Source: an uncultured Phycisphaerales bacterium (GTDB lineage: Bacteria > Planctomycetota > Phycisphaerae > Tepidisphaerales > Tepidisphaeraceae). From it: a DNA stretch of 64,000 bases. Under the pieces are notes generated by a model. The model was not told the DNA's origin, made no database searches, and saw nothing but the letters and a program-made list of their open reading frames with translations. Numbering within the stretch: the stretch's first letter is position 1; each line of letters opens with the position of its first letter. The stretch spans positions 804,570 through 868,569 of the forward strand of contig CAWBQI010000003.1 of NCBI GenBank assembly GCA_963791055.1. Reading direction: 5' to 3'. The position numbers and the translations under genes are program-made. Below are positions 27,560-37,114 of the stretch, in pieces.

Positions 27560-29363
27560 TCACGCGATTTGCTTCAGCCGTTGCGCCCGGCTCGCCCGCT
27601 TGATCCCCGGAATCACATAATCCCGCGCGACCACATCCCAGCTCATTTTGCTGGCCAGGGCGTGTCCACGGTCGATGAATTCGTCAAAATCCTTGGGCGA
27701 TCGCGGAAGACGGTCCACCAATTCCTGCGCGACGACTCCCGAAACGTTGTGTTCGATCTCATCCCGCTGCGGCTGGCCGATGGCCATCAACTGCTCGGGC
27801 CGCAGGCCCTTGTTGGGCAGTTCGGTGTAGTCGGCGACGATGACATTCGGCGAGGGTTTTCCGTCCGCCGGCCTTGTCGACAAACCCATCGCATCCGCAC
27901 ACGTTGCTGAACACGCAGATCCCGCCGAAGCTGATCGGCTCCACCTGCGCGATGCCGAACGGCTCGTAAATGCTCTGCCCGAATTCCGCATCCGAACCTT
28001 TGCGGATGATCCATGAATTCCATGTCGGCCGGCATGCGCATGTCCGCAGACTTTTTGCTCGAATCCAAACTGGTTGATGAAAACCACTTTCACATTGCGC
28101 GCTCGGGCGTTGAATTCCTGAACGCCCTGGTAATACGCCGCCTCTCCGTTGGAAAGATCGGGCAGGCCCTCGCGATGAACGACGGGCCAGTGGTAATGCT
28201 GTTCCATCCTTCGGATGTCGTCGCCGCGCCGCGACGGGAACTTCGGTGCTGAGCGTGAACAGCACCGCCGTCTCATTGCGGTCGCGAAAATGCGCTCGAC
28301 ATGCTCCAGAACCCGCAGGTCCCGCCACAGTCCCTTGCTGGGAACCAGCCGGGTGACGTGGGAAAAAACATAATCCGGCTCATATCCTAGAAGCGTATTG
28401 CAATATGCCCGCAATTTTTGCCGGCTCGCCATTCGCTCCTGCGACGCTGATCTTCCAGCACGGAACGCCGTTGTAGGCGATCTGACTGTCGACGTGCACG
28501 AAAATCCGGGCCGAGGAAGCGGATTTCCTTCAGCACATAATCGCCGACCGCGAAGATTCCATCGCAGAATCGGGACGCCTTGACCAGCGCGTGCTTGTAA
28601 TATCCGCTCTGATCGCCGAACACGTCTTCGAGATAATGTCCCTGACTGATGGCCGAGCGCATGACGTTGTAGAACATCGTGTCGTGCCCCGGACTGATGC
28701 TCGACGATGCGCCGCATCGGCGCGACTTCATGGGCGTAAAAGATCGTGCGGAAATTGCTGCGTTCCCCTTCAAGGATCGCCGCCAGGCACGTCGGCATGC
28801 CCATGTATTCATGGCTCAGGATCACGCACGGCTCAACGTCGCTGCCCGCGCCCAGCGCGTGCAGCGCCGCGATGGCCGGCCTCGCCAGGCGCATGTATTG
28901 CTCGATAATCCCAGATATTTTCGTATTTCGAGCTTTCGATCCCAAAGTTCTTCCAAAGATCGATATTTGAACAGGTTGATCTTCTGCGCGTCGAAGCGGG
29001 CGACGTCGATCAGCAGCGTTTCCGGCGTGCTGGTGATCGCCCGTTTCCTTGTCAACGAATTTCCGCCGGCCATAGACGATCGCGACGTCGAACTCCTGCT
29101 CGATCTCGCGGAACCGGCTCGCCAGCGGCGAGCGGTACAGATGATCCAGGCTGCTATACAGCACCTCGCCCTGCGGCCCGAGCCGATGCTCGGCGATGTC
29201 GTCGCTCGGCCAGAACGGACCCACCAAAATATTTCGCGGGACATTGATCGAGATATGTGCGGCTGGTCAGCAGCCCATGCAAAACCGCCCCAATTCCACC
29301 GATTTTCTGAATAGCTTCATGCGTTACGTGCACCACTGTCTGCATAGCGCAAATCCTCTCCAA
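27560..29363 (-). pseudogene. GT3-like (eukaryotic-type glycogen synthase-like) alpha-glucan glycosyltransferase, degraded by 6 or more frameshifts
   Basis: Protein-like segments alternate among all three minus-strand frames: N-terminus MQTVVHVTHEAIQKIGGIGAVLHGLL, then RNILVGPFWP, then GT E-x7-E-type motif EFGQSIYEPFGIAQVEPISFGG, then a credible C-terminus. Confidence 0.6.
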
Positions 29364-29533
29364 TACGGCGATGGTTCGGCTAGGTCGTTATCGGCCAAGA
29401 GACTCCATAACTGACAAGATCGCGCGCAACCCCGCCGGCAATGCGGTCATGGCCCTTTTTGCCGGACCAAAGGTCAAATATTAGAAGGTTCGACCGCCGT
29501 CGATGCAACCGAAAACCGGAATATTATTGCGCC

Positions 29534-29641
29534 CAAAGGGTAATCGCATGTAGCCATTGTTCCATTTCTTTCCCCTCCCCTGGTACTCCGGGGGAGGGTT
29601 AGGGTGGGGGTCTTCTTTTTTTCCGGGCTACATGCGATTGC
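29534..29641 (+). promoter_or_regulatory. candidate cis-regulatory RNA element: perfect 15-bp inverted repeat (caatcgcatgtagcc/ggctacatgcgattg) enclosing a terminator-like hairpin + T-run, about 270 nt upstream of the MFS transporter
   Basis: Read directly. The inner element (29565-29630) is a paralog of 27409-27470. Confidence 0.35.
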
Positions 29642-29905
29642 TCTGCTGCGCCTCACGTGGTCAAACAGCGCGGTTGCGCCGGGGCTCTTCGCCCCGGCCA
29701 CCGCGCACGAAGCATCCACTCCGCCCACCATCCCGCCTCCGAAAGACACACATTTTTTACAAATCCGTCAAAACCCGACGGGACGATTTGAATTCCCATC
29801 AACGGCCGATTGAACTGCTGTATGTGCTATTACGCCGGCAGTTCCCCACGGGATCGCGCGGCCGCCATTTTTTCCCGGCGGGACTTTGGGATATGGTGCC
29901 GAATC

Positions 29906-31105
29906 ATGGAGTTGCCCGTGTCCGATGCCATCGTGTTGAATCCAGGAATCGACTCACCCGCCAAACGATTCCTGTTCAAAGCCTATGCCCTCGAAGCCTT
30001 AGGCTCCGTGGGCGCCAACCTGCTGATGTTCGGCATCTTTTTCTACATGCAAAAACGCTTCGGCTGGGGAGCGAGCAAAAACCTCCCCCTCTCTTCCGCT
30101 CAGGGAGCCGTTTATGTGATCGGCGCGCTGGCCTCCAATCCGCTCTCGCGATGGATCGACCGGCAAAAACTGCTCCGCCTGATCCATGTCGCCATGGCGG
30201 CTATCGCACTTGTGGGCGCTTGCATGGCGACGCCGGCCGTGATCGTCCTGCTCCTGCTGGGATACACCATGCTGAGCGCCGCCCAGTGGCCTCTGCTGGA
30301 AAGCCTCATTTCCACCGGCGCGAACGCGAAAAAGCTGTCGCGGAGAATCTCGATCTACAACCTGGTCTGGTCCGGCAGCGGCGCGATCACGGTGGCCGCA
30401 TGCGGGGTGGTGATCGCCCATTATCCGCAGGGCATCTTTTGGGTCACCTTCGGCGTTCACTTGATCGCAGCGTTCATGCTGGCAAAAATTCGGCCGCAAT
30501 CTCAATCTCCATCGGCCGCCCATCTTCATCCAGAGCCGGAGCTGATTCCCCTTCGCACCATGGCCAAGCGCCTCTCGCGCATCGTTCTACCGGCCACGTT
30601 CGCCGTGATCTACGCCCTAGGTGCGATCATGCCAACGCTTGCGGTTATTCAATCGACGGCACCCGCCGCCCGAACATTGCTCGCCAGTGTCTGGATGATC
30701 GCGCGATGGATTTTCTTCGTTTTCTTGGGCGCGACAATCTGGTGGCACACCCGCCCCCGCGCCCTGCTCATCGCCGCGATAATCCTGTTCGCCGCATTCC
30801 TCGGCATCACCCTGATCCCCTCAGTGCCTTCCATGATTCTCTGGCAAATCGCCCTCGGCATCGCCATGGGCCTGATCTATTCAGCCAGCCTCTATTTCGG
30901 CATGGTCCTCAGCGACGGCAGCACCGCGCAGAACTCATACCACGAAGCCCTGATCGGATTAGGCAGCATTCTGGGCCCCGGCTGCGGCGCAATCGCCGGC
31001 CAACTTCGCCCGGGCGATCCTCACGCAGCGATCATCGCCGTCGCCGCGATTCTCTGGATCAGCGTCATGGCGGCATGTGTCGTATCGGTGCAATCGAAAC
31101 GGTGA
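29906..31105 (+). CDS. MFS transporter
   Basis: 12 predicted TM helices with typical MFS loop motifs. The start was moved to the internal ATG (29906). Confidence 0.8.
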   Translation: MELPVSDAIVLNPGIDSPAKRFLFKAYALEALGSVGANLLMFGIFFYMQKRFGWGASKNLPLSSAQGAVYVIGALASNPLSRWIDRQKLLRLIHVAMAAIALVGACMATPAVIVLLLLGYTMLSAAQWPLLESLISTGANAKKLSRRISIYNLVWSGSGAITVAACGVVIAHYPQGIFWVTFGVHLIAAFMLAKIRPQSQSPSAAHLHPEPELIPLRTMAKRLSRIVLPATFAVIYALGAIMPTLAVIQSTAPAARTLLASVWMIARWIFFVFLGATIWWHTRPRALLIAAIILFAAFLGITLIPSVPSMILWQIALGIAMGLIYSASLYFGMVLSDGSTAQNSYHEALIGLGSILGPGCGAIAGQLRPGDPHAAIIAVAAILWISVMAACVVSVQSKR

Positions 31106-31290
31106 TCTGTTCCGCCTTAGCTTCCTCGCAGAAGGACGCCACGAACATCAACGGGCCGGCAAGCAGGTTTCGAAGCGCCAGTGCGTTCCAGTATTCGAGC
31201 AAGCGAAGCTGGACGGCACAAGCAGCGCAACGATAATCATCTTCCGTTATTTCGCGGCAGCCGCCTCAGCCGGTTTGAATGGTTCGCAAA
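31106..31290 (+). repeat. dispersed repeat family, partial copy C (3' R module), starting at the MFS stop codon
   Basis: Aligns to copy A from ...tccgcctcgctgcagaagg through gtattcgagc...ctggacggcac...aacgataa. Confidence 0.75.
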
Positions 31291-31315
31291 TATCTTCGGG
31301 CGAGATCTATCGCTG

Positions 31316-33552
31316 TCACGTCGAAATTCGCGCAGCAGGTTTTGCCGCCGACAACGGTTCCCCGTTCCCACCCTTTTCCTCCAACATTTCGATCACCTGT
31401 TTGGACATTTTGTCCGCCAATTCCTTCAGCGAAGCCATATCCGGATTCTCCGTGACAGCAAACCCGCTCTTTTCCGCGACCAGGAGCGCCAGTAGCGTGC
31501 CGAGCATATTGCCCCCCGCCGGCTGACCCTCCGCAGGCGCGCCGCCGGCGTTGAAAACCCTCTCGGGAACGAGCGGTTGCGTGGCCTTGGAGAGATTTTC
31601 CGCCACCTTTGTCAGCGCATACAAACGTGGATCCCCGAAGCTGGTAATGCTGCGCAACAGGACCGTCGCCTCGGCCAGTCCGACCTGCAGCGCCCGGGTC
31701 GATTCACCACGCCCGGCCAGGATGCGCGATTGGCTTTCCGCTTGCGCGGTCACGACGGTTTGCTCCGCCTGCCGCCGCGAACGGGCCAGTTCTGCCTCCG
31801 CGACCACCACCGTCTGCTCGGCCTGTTTACGCGAGCGCGAAAGATCGGCATCTCCCTGGTTCTCCGCGATGCGGATCTGCACCTGCGAGTTGGTCAATTC
31901 CGCCTGCTTGGCCGCCACGGCCTGCGCTTCGGTCAGCGACCGCAATTTTTCCGCCGCCGCCCGCTGCCGGTCGTACGTTTCCAGTTGCTCGATGCTCAAT
32001 TGCCGCATCCGGAGCTGTTCGAGCAACGTTTCGATCTTGCCCGAGCCGGTCCCCTCGGCCGTATCCGGCTTTCCGATCAGCACATCCACACATTCGATAT
32101 CGAATTCATGGAAGCGCCGCTGCAACTCGTTGCGCGATTCAATCTGAATATCATCCCGATGCTGCAAAAGCTCGAGCATTGTCTTTTTGTGGGCCACGTC
32201 CCGGAAATAAGCGCTGAGCATCGGGTCCAGCGTCTGCGTGATGAGCTTCTTCACGTCCCCGAAGCGCTGAATGACGTTGGGCGCGCGCTGATAATCGATA
32301 TGAACGACAATGCTCAACGGCAAGAGCGGCTCATACGCATCCTTGGTAACCAGATCGATGCTGCGGAGACTTTCATCATAATGGTGGCTTTCGCTCTTTC
32401 CCGTAATCCAATGCAGGACGAAATTGGTCGTGGGAACAAGAATGAGTTTTCCCGCATAGCTGTTGAACGGATATTTGCCCGGCCCCAGGGCCTTTTCCCA
32501 CACACCCCGCTCGCCGCGGGCAACGCGTTCGCCATGGCGGAAACCTTCCCCCGAGACATCCGCCCCCATCGGTCCGTAATAACTGACGACGACCCCAACA
32601 TACCCGATCGGCACGACCGTCTTGGCGATGATCTCAATCGTCGCGAACCACCGGTTGATGAAATACGTCCCATCGGTGAGCGGCACATATTGCCGCCCGC
32701 GACGCCCACCCGGCGCAAGAAAGCTTCCGGGTCCTGGAAATTGTTGTGATAGTTTGGATCAACGCTGTCGTTCCCAACCGCCGGAGCGATGATTTCACCC
32801 GGCGCCAGGCTCGGCCCATCGTGAACGGTAACGATCCCAATACTATCGACGAGCATCGTCTTGCCCGGAGTAAGCTGATCCTCCGCGGAAACCGGCGCGC
32901 CGATAACAACCGGATCAAATCCGCCGATATCGTTCAGTTCCTTTTGCCATCCAACGATCGTGGCCAGTTCCTGCCGTCCGGTCATTTCCAGCCGATAAAC
33001 GCAATCCTGCGTGACAACGACGAACAGAGCGAGATTGATTGCATACACGCCTTCACGCAGGATAACGCGTTGCCGCCCGCGCTGCCCGATGGCCGCTTGC
33101 GGAGAATTCGAATCACCCAGAAATTTCCGCGCATCCTGAAAATGATTGCAGTCCACAACCCGCCCCAGCGTCTGGCTCGGCGGCAACGGCTCCCCATCCC
33201 GCGCATACGCATACCCAATCTTCCCCTGCGGCACGATCACCAGCGAGACCTTATGAATCCGATATTGCCACGGCCAATAGAAAAGATGAATACCGCCGCG
33301 AAGCAGATCAGCCTGATAACCCGCTTGGCCATCAAGGGCAATGATTCGGCCGTCTTTGACAGATCCCTTACTGGACCATTTCTTTTCGATGATTCCAACG
33401 CAGTTGTTGGGAATGGATAGGGCGACGAGTATGTAGATAACGATGAGCGCCCTGACTGCGCCGACAACCCACCAAACCACTGGCGGAATAGACAAAGTTC
33501 CGGGCATATCCGCCAGAACATGCGCGGACGACAATAGGCAAAATGCCGTCAT
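31316..33552 (-). CDS. SPFH/band-7 (flotillin/YqiK-like) protein with N-terminal TM and extra N-terminal domain; apparent frameshift near 32700-32715
   Basis: The 31316-32686 frame carries the SPFH core (LVTKDAYEPLLPLSIVVHIDY...) and flotillin-type EA-repeat coiled coil. The N-terminal TM and domain lie in the 32314-33690 frame. The frames join around DPEAFL/GRQYVPLTDGTYFINRW. Confidence 0.7.
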
Positions 33553-33719
33553 AAGGACCTCCCTCGGATTAATATGCGAACTGAGGTGTATTGTAGCGAT
33601 CGGTGCGTCGCCGCAAGAGAAGTAAGCGTTACAATTCGGAGGTTTGTTTGGAGGCGGGGTTATGGCTCGGTCGGGCGATTTCGATCGCACGGCGAGGATC
33701 TGTCATTGGTTAACCGATA

Positions 33720-34133
33720 TTACGAGCCGAAAGTATTAACTGCTACCAGAAACGCAACGTACCATCCTGTAATAGTTAACCCCAGAGAGATTAGGACACT
33801 AGCCGCGGGATGGATACTTCGTCGGAAAAGCAGCCAATATGAGCAGGCAGCGAACAATTGCGGATACAGAAAACTTGCGTAGTCCGGTATGCCCCATCCT
33901 TTTAGCCATAAACGATCGAACAGGCTGGCGTAAAGTAGAAAAAACGAGAGACCTTGTGTTGCAAAAATGGCTGCTGCAATCAACAACAAAAATACCCGCC
34001 GACGTCCGGATCGTCTGAAACGTCCGTAATCAAGCGGTATCGGCACAAACCAATTATGCTCGCAGGCAGAATAGAAACAAGTAAGAACATAAAAACACGG
34101 CTGCACCGGAAGTCCACTTTCGGCCAAAAACAA
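33720..34133 (-). CDS. hypothetical membrane protein in low-GC segment
   Basis: 137 aa, 3-4 TM. Local GC is clearly lower than the flanks. Confidence 0.4.
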   Translation of the reverse strand: MFLAESGLPVQPCFYVLTCFYSACEHNWFVPIPLDYGRFRRSGRRRVFLLLIAAAIFATQGLSFFLLYASLFDRLWLKGWGIPDYASFLYPQLFAACSYWLLFRRSIHPAASVLISLGLTITGWYVAFLVAVNTFGS

Positions 34134-34176
34134 TCTGTTGACATTCTGTCATCACCACCGATAATCGGTATGGTGA

Positions 34177-34485
34177 ATGCGCATCATCAAGATCAGCAAA
34201 CTGCGAGAATTCTGGCAGGCCCACCCGGAGGCCGAAGCATCGCTTCGGACCTGGGTCGGGCAGACGAAGGCCGCGAGGTGGCTGAACTTCGTGGAGGTGA
34301 GAAAGACTTTTTCCAGTGCCGACCCGGTGATTGTTGGCAGCGGCCGACCGGTGGTGGTATTCAATATCGCCCACAATCGCTACCGTCTCATCGCGGCGGT
34401 GCATTTCAATACGCGTATCGTCTACACGCTGATGATTCTGACGCACAGGGAGTACGACCGTGATGTATGGAAGGGACAGTTATGA
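34177..34485 (+). CDS. higB: HigB family type II toxin (RelE/ParE superfamily)
   Basis: ...GSGRPVVVFNIAHNRYRLIAAVHFNTRIVYTLMILTHREYD matches the HigB signature (GN.YRLI..V.F....V.I..I.TH.EYD). Confidence 0.75.
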   Translation: MRIIKISKLREFWQAHPEAEASLRTWVGQTKAARWLNFVEVRKTFSSADPVIVGSGRPVVVFNIAHNRYRLIAAVHFNTRIVYTLMILTHREYDRDVWKGQL

Positions 34486-34898
34486 AAACAAAAACATTGA
34501 CTCATCGCAACATTCCAAAGTCCTACGAGGGATTGGTGCGATTATTCATGCCTCGGCCGCTGCATGACGACGTGGACTACCGCAATGCGGTGGCCGTGCT
34601 GGATGCGATGGCGGGCTTCAAGTTGAACGCCGATCAGGAGGATTATTTCGAAGCCATTGCAACGTTCGTCGAAAAATACGAGGCCGAGCATCACGCGATC
34701 GATGGGACGCAAATGACGCCGGTGCAATTGATCCGCTCGCTGATGAAGGAACACGATATGAGCGAATCGGATTTGGGCCGGCTCCTGGGAGACCGCAGTC
34801 TTGGCCATCGAATCCTGAGTGGCGAACGCGAGCTAAGCAAGGTCCATATTCGGACGCTCGCCGAACATTTCGCACTGAACCCCGCGGCGCTGCTATAG
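34482..34898 (+). CDS. higA: HigA antitoxin (HTH, COG5499-like)
   Basis: Follows higB with a small overlap. C-terminal HTH region MSESDLGRLLGDRSLGHRILSGERELSKVHIRTLAEHF. Confidence 0.7.
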   Translation: MKTKTLTHRNIPKSYEGLVRLFMPRPLHDDVDYRNAVAVLDAMAGFKLNADQEDYFEAIATFVEKYEAEHHAIDGTQMTPVQLIRSLMKEHDMSESDLGRLLGDRSLGHRILSGERELSKVHIRTLAEHFALNPAALL

Positions 34899-34900
34899 AC

Positions 34901-35407
34901 TCACAACCCCATCTCCGCCTCCATATCCTCCGTAGAAAGCTTCGCCCGATCTCGCTTCAACCCGATCCTCCGCTGCTCGCGCTCAATCTCGCTTCTCGTG
35001 CGAATTTCCTCCGGGTCCGTCGGCCCCGTCGCCCTCTCCTTGATCATTCCCATCCCCTTAAGCAACTGCATCGCGGTCCGCGCATCGCCCGCATCCAGCG
35101 CCTTCTCAATCGCATCGCCCGCCTTGTCCGTCAGCGACATCAACCGCGAATGGCAACCCGACTCGATTTGATCGTGCCATTGATTGAGAGCCGCTCGAAA
35201 GACCGGATCGTTTTTCAGCCATCGAAACACAGTCGCCCGCCCCACCCCCGCCAGGCGCGCCGTCTCAGCCACTGATTTCCCGCCCACCAGCAGCTCCATC
35301 GCTGTCTGCTGCTGCGGAGGCAGTCTCCCGTCGTTTGGATCGTCACTGACTTTCTCGGCGCAATCACTCTTATCTATTATCGCCGGCAATTGTTCCGCTT
35401 CGCCCAT
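34901..35407 (-). CDS. HTH-domain protein (sigma-70 region-4-like DNA-binding motif), possibly mobile-element associated
   Basis: LLVGGKSVAETARLAGVGRATVFRWL helix-turn-helix. 168 aa. Confidence 0.5.
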   Translation of the reverse strand: MGEAEQLPAIIDKSDCAEKVSDDPNDGRLPPQQQTAMELLVGGKSVAETARLAGVGRATVFRWLKNDPVFRAALNQWHDQIESGCHSRLMSLTDKAGDAIEKALDAGDARTAMQLLKGMGMIKERATGPTDPEEIRTRSEIEREQRRIGLKRDRAKLSTEDMEAEMGL

Positions 35408-35730
35408 AAGAACCTCCGCAAAATTAGAGCATCTCCTCTATTTATGGGTCCACCGGGTGAAAGTTTTGGACGCATTTTCTCCAATCACGTTTCTCAATTG
35501 TTCATTCCTCAACAAACAAATTCAGCCGCCAGCGGCTAAATCCTCAAAAAGCGCATCAAAGCGCCTCAAGGCGCATCATCGCAAACGGACCGCGCGAACT
35601 TCAACAGGCCAGAAACTATGAAGCCGAGCCTTTCTCGGGACGTTGTTTTGGGGATTAAAATCCCCAATGGATTAACGAGCTGATCGCGTGGATCGCTCAG
35701 ACGTCACTTTATTTGAGAAAGGACTCGGCG
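35408..35730 (+). ncRNA. non-coding left flank of the IS110-family transposase; candidate bridge/guide RNA region
   Basis: 323 nt without a credible ORF directly upstream of an IS110-family transposase. Position is analogous to the left-end ncRNA of IS110-group elements. No structure was verified. Confidence 0.25.
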
Positions 35731-36900
35731 ATGAAGATTCTGGCATTGGATCTCGGAAAGAACAAGAGCGTTTTTGTGGACTATTGTGTCGGCGGCGAGC
35801 GGATCTTCGGCAAGACCGCCACGAACCCCCGCGAATTGCGGAAGCTGCTGGAACGCAGTGCCCCGGACCGGCTGGTGATCGAGGCGGGACCCGCGGCGGG
35901 ATGGGTTTGCGACCTGGCCGAATCGATGAAGATTCCCGTGCAGGTCGCCAACGGCAACGACGAACGTTGGCGATGGAAGGTCGTGAAGGAAAAGAGCGAT
36001 CGCAAGGATGCGTTGAAACTGGCCCAATTGTCGGAGATGGAATCGTTGCCGACGGTGCACGTGCCCAAGGCTTCGGTTCGGCAATGGCGGTCGCTGATTG
36101 AATACCGTCACGCTCTGGTGCAGCGGCGAACGGCGATCAAGAACTCGATCCGTTCGATATACGAAAGGCAGGGCGTGGGCCTGCCCTGGGCCAAAAGAGC
36201 CTGGACTGACGCGGCGATGGAGGAACTGAAGAAGGAGGCGTCGGACTATTCCTCCCAGCGGTTGTGGCTGTTCCAGGTGCATTGCGAGTTGCAGCAGTTT
36301 GAGAGTATTCAGCGGCAGATCCAGGAGGTGGAGCAGAAGCTGGAAGAACGGGCAAAGGCTGATGCGCGTGTTGAACAACTCAAGACCGCGCCCTGCGTCG
36401 GTCCGCGATTGGGAGAGACGGTGGTGGCAATCCTGGATGATCCGCATCGCTTCGGGAACGGCCGGCAGGTGGGTTGTTACGCGGGTCTGACCCCGCGACG
36501 CTGGCAGAGCGGCGAAAGTGACCGCCAAGGTCACATCAGCCATGCGGGCAACGGCCTGCTGCGTCAAATGCTGGTGGAGATTGCCTGGCTGGGAGTCCGC
36601 CACAAGACTTGGATGGCCCAAGTCTACGAACAGGTGCGTCGCGGCAGCGACAAACGGAAGAAGATCGCCATCGTGGCGGTGGCCCGCAGACTCCTGGTGA
36701 AGCTGTGGGCGATGCTTCGGGATGGCACCCAGTGGAAAGAACCGTTGCCGACGGCGCCAACGTGAAGAGACGGGGCAAAATGACGGGTAAAGCGTCCGGA
36801 TGAGTCAAATGGGAAACAGGCGATCGGAGTTCGACGGTTGGCAAAAAAGCGGCAAGCCCGATGTTGGCTTGAGCACCAAACTCGAAGGCCAGAGTGGGTG
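35420..36900 (+). mobile_element. IS110-family insertion sequence (boundaries approximate)
   Basis: Contains the IS110/IS116/IS902-type transposase. The right side abuts repeat copy E and the disrupted 3' end of tatC. No inverted repeats were found, as is typical for IS110. Confidence 0.55.
35731..36765 (+). CDS. IS110 family transposase (DEDD RuvC-like N-domain + C-terminal Tnp domain)
   Basis: MKILALDLGKNKSV N-terminus, ...YAGLTPRRWQSGESDRQGHISHAGNGLLRQMLVEIAW C-terminal signature. Confidence 0.9.
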   Translation: MKILALDLGKNKSVFVDYCVGGERIFGKTATNPRELRKLLERSAPDRLVIEAGPAAGWVCDLAESMKIPVQVANGNDERWRWKVVKEKSDRKDALKLAQLSEMESLPTVHVPKASVRQWRSLIEYRHALVQRRTAIKNSIRSIYERQGVGLPWAKRAWTDAAMEELKKEASDYSSQRLWLFQVHCELQQFESIQRQIQEVEQKLEERAKADARVEQLKTAPCVGPRLGETVVAILDDPHRFGNGRQVGCYAGLTPRRWQSGESDRQGHISHAGNGLLRQMLVEIAWLGVRHKTWMAQVYEQVRRGSDKRKKIAIVAVARRLLVKLWAMLRDGTQWKEPLPTAPT

Positions 36901-37112
36901 CCGCTGTTGTACAGTTGAATAGGCCCGCGACCCAAACAGATCTTTCGCGGAAGCTCTGAATAGAAGACTGAAACAACGACTCGCGTTCCGAACGCCAGAA
37001 TCCCGCTTGACAAGGCTCGGCTCATAGAAGCCAGCACTGTTCGCAGCGCCAACGCCCGCCCGCATTCGAGCCGCCGATGCACCGACGGCAAGAAAAGCGC
37101 AACGATAAAACT
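36880..37112 (+). repeat. dispersed repeat family, partial copy E, between the IS110 transposase stop and the tatC stop
   Basis: ...cgactcgcgttccgaacgccagaa...tgttcgcagcgccaacgc...cattcgagcc...cgacggcaag...caacgataaaactcttt aligns to copies A, C and D. Confidence 0.75.
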
Positions 37113-37114
37113 CT

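Noticed and set aside
29364-29905. Known riboswitch classes upstream of the MFS transporter
   Set aside because: Compared by eye with TPP, SAM-I, FMN, glycine, guanidine-I/II/III, fluoride, preQ1, Mn and cobalamin consensus cores. None fit, so it is kept only as an unclassified candidate.
29557-31236. 559-aa plus-strand ORF
   Set aside because: Alternative frame of the MFS transporter gene, Arg/Pro-rich.
35704-36621. 305-aa minus-strand ORF
   Set aside because: Antisense to the IS110 transposase, which has clear family motifs.
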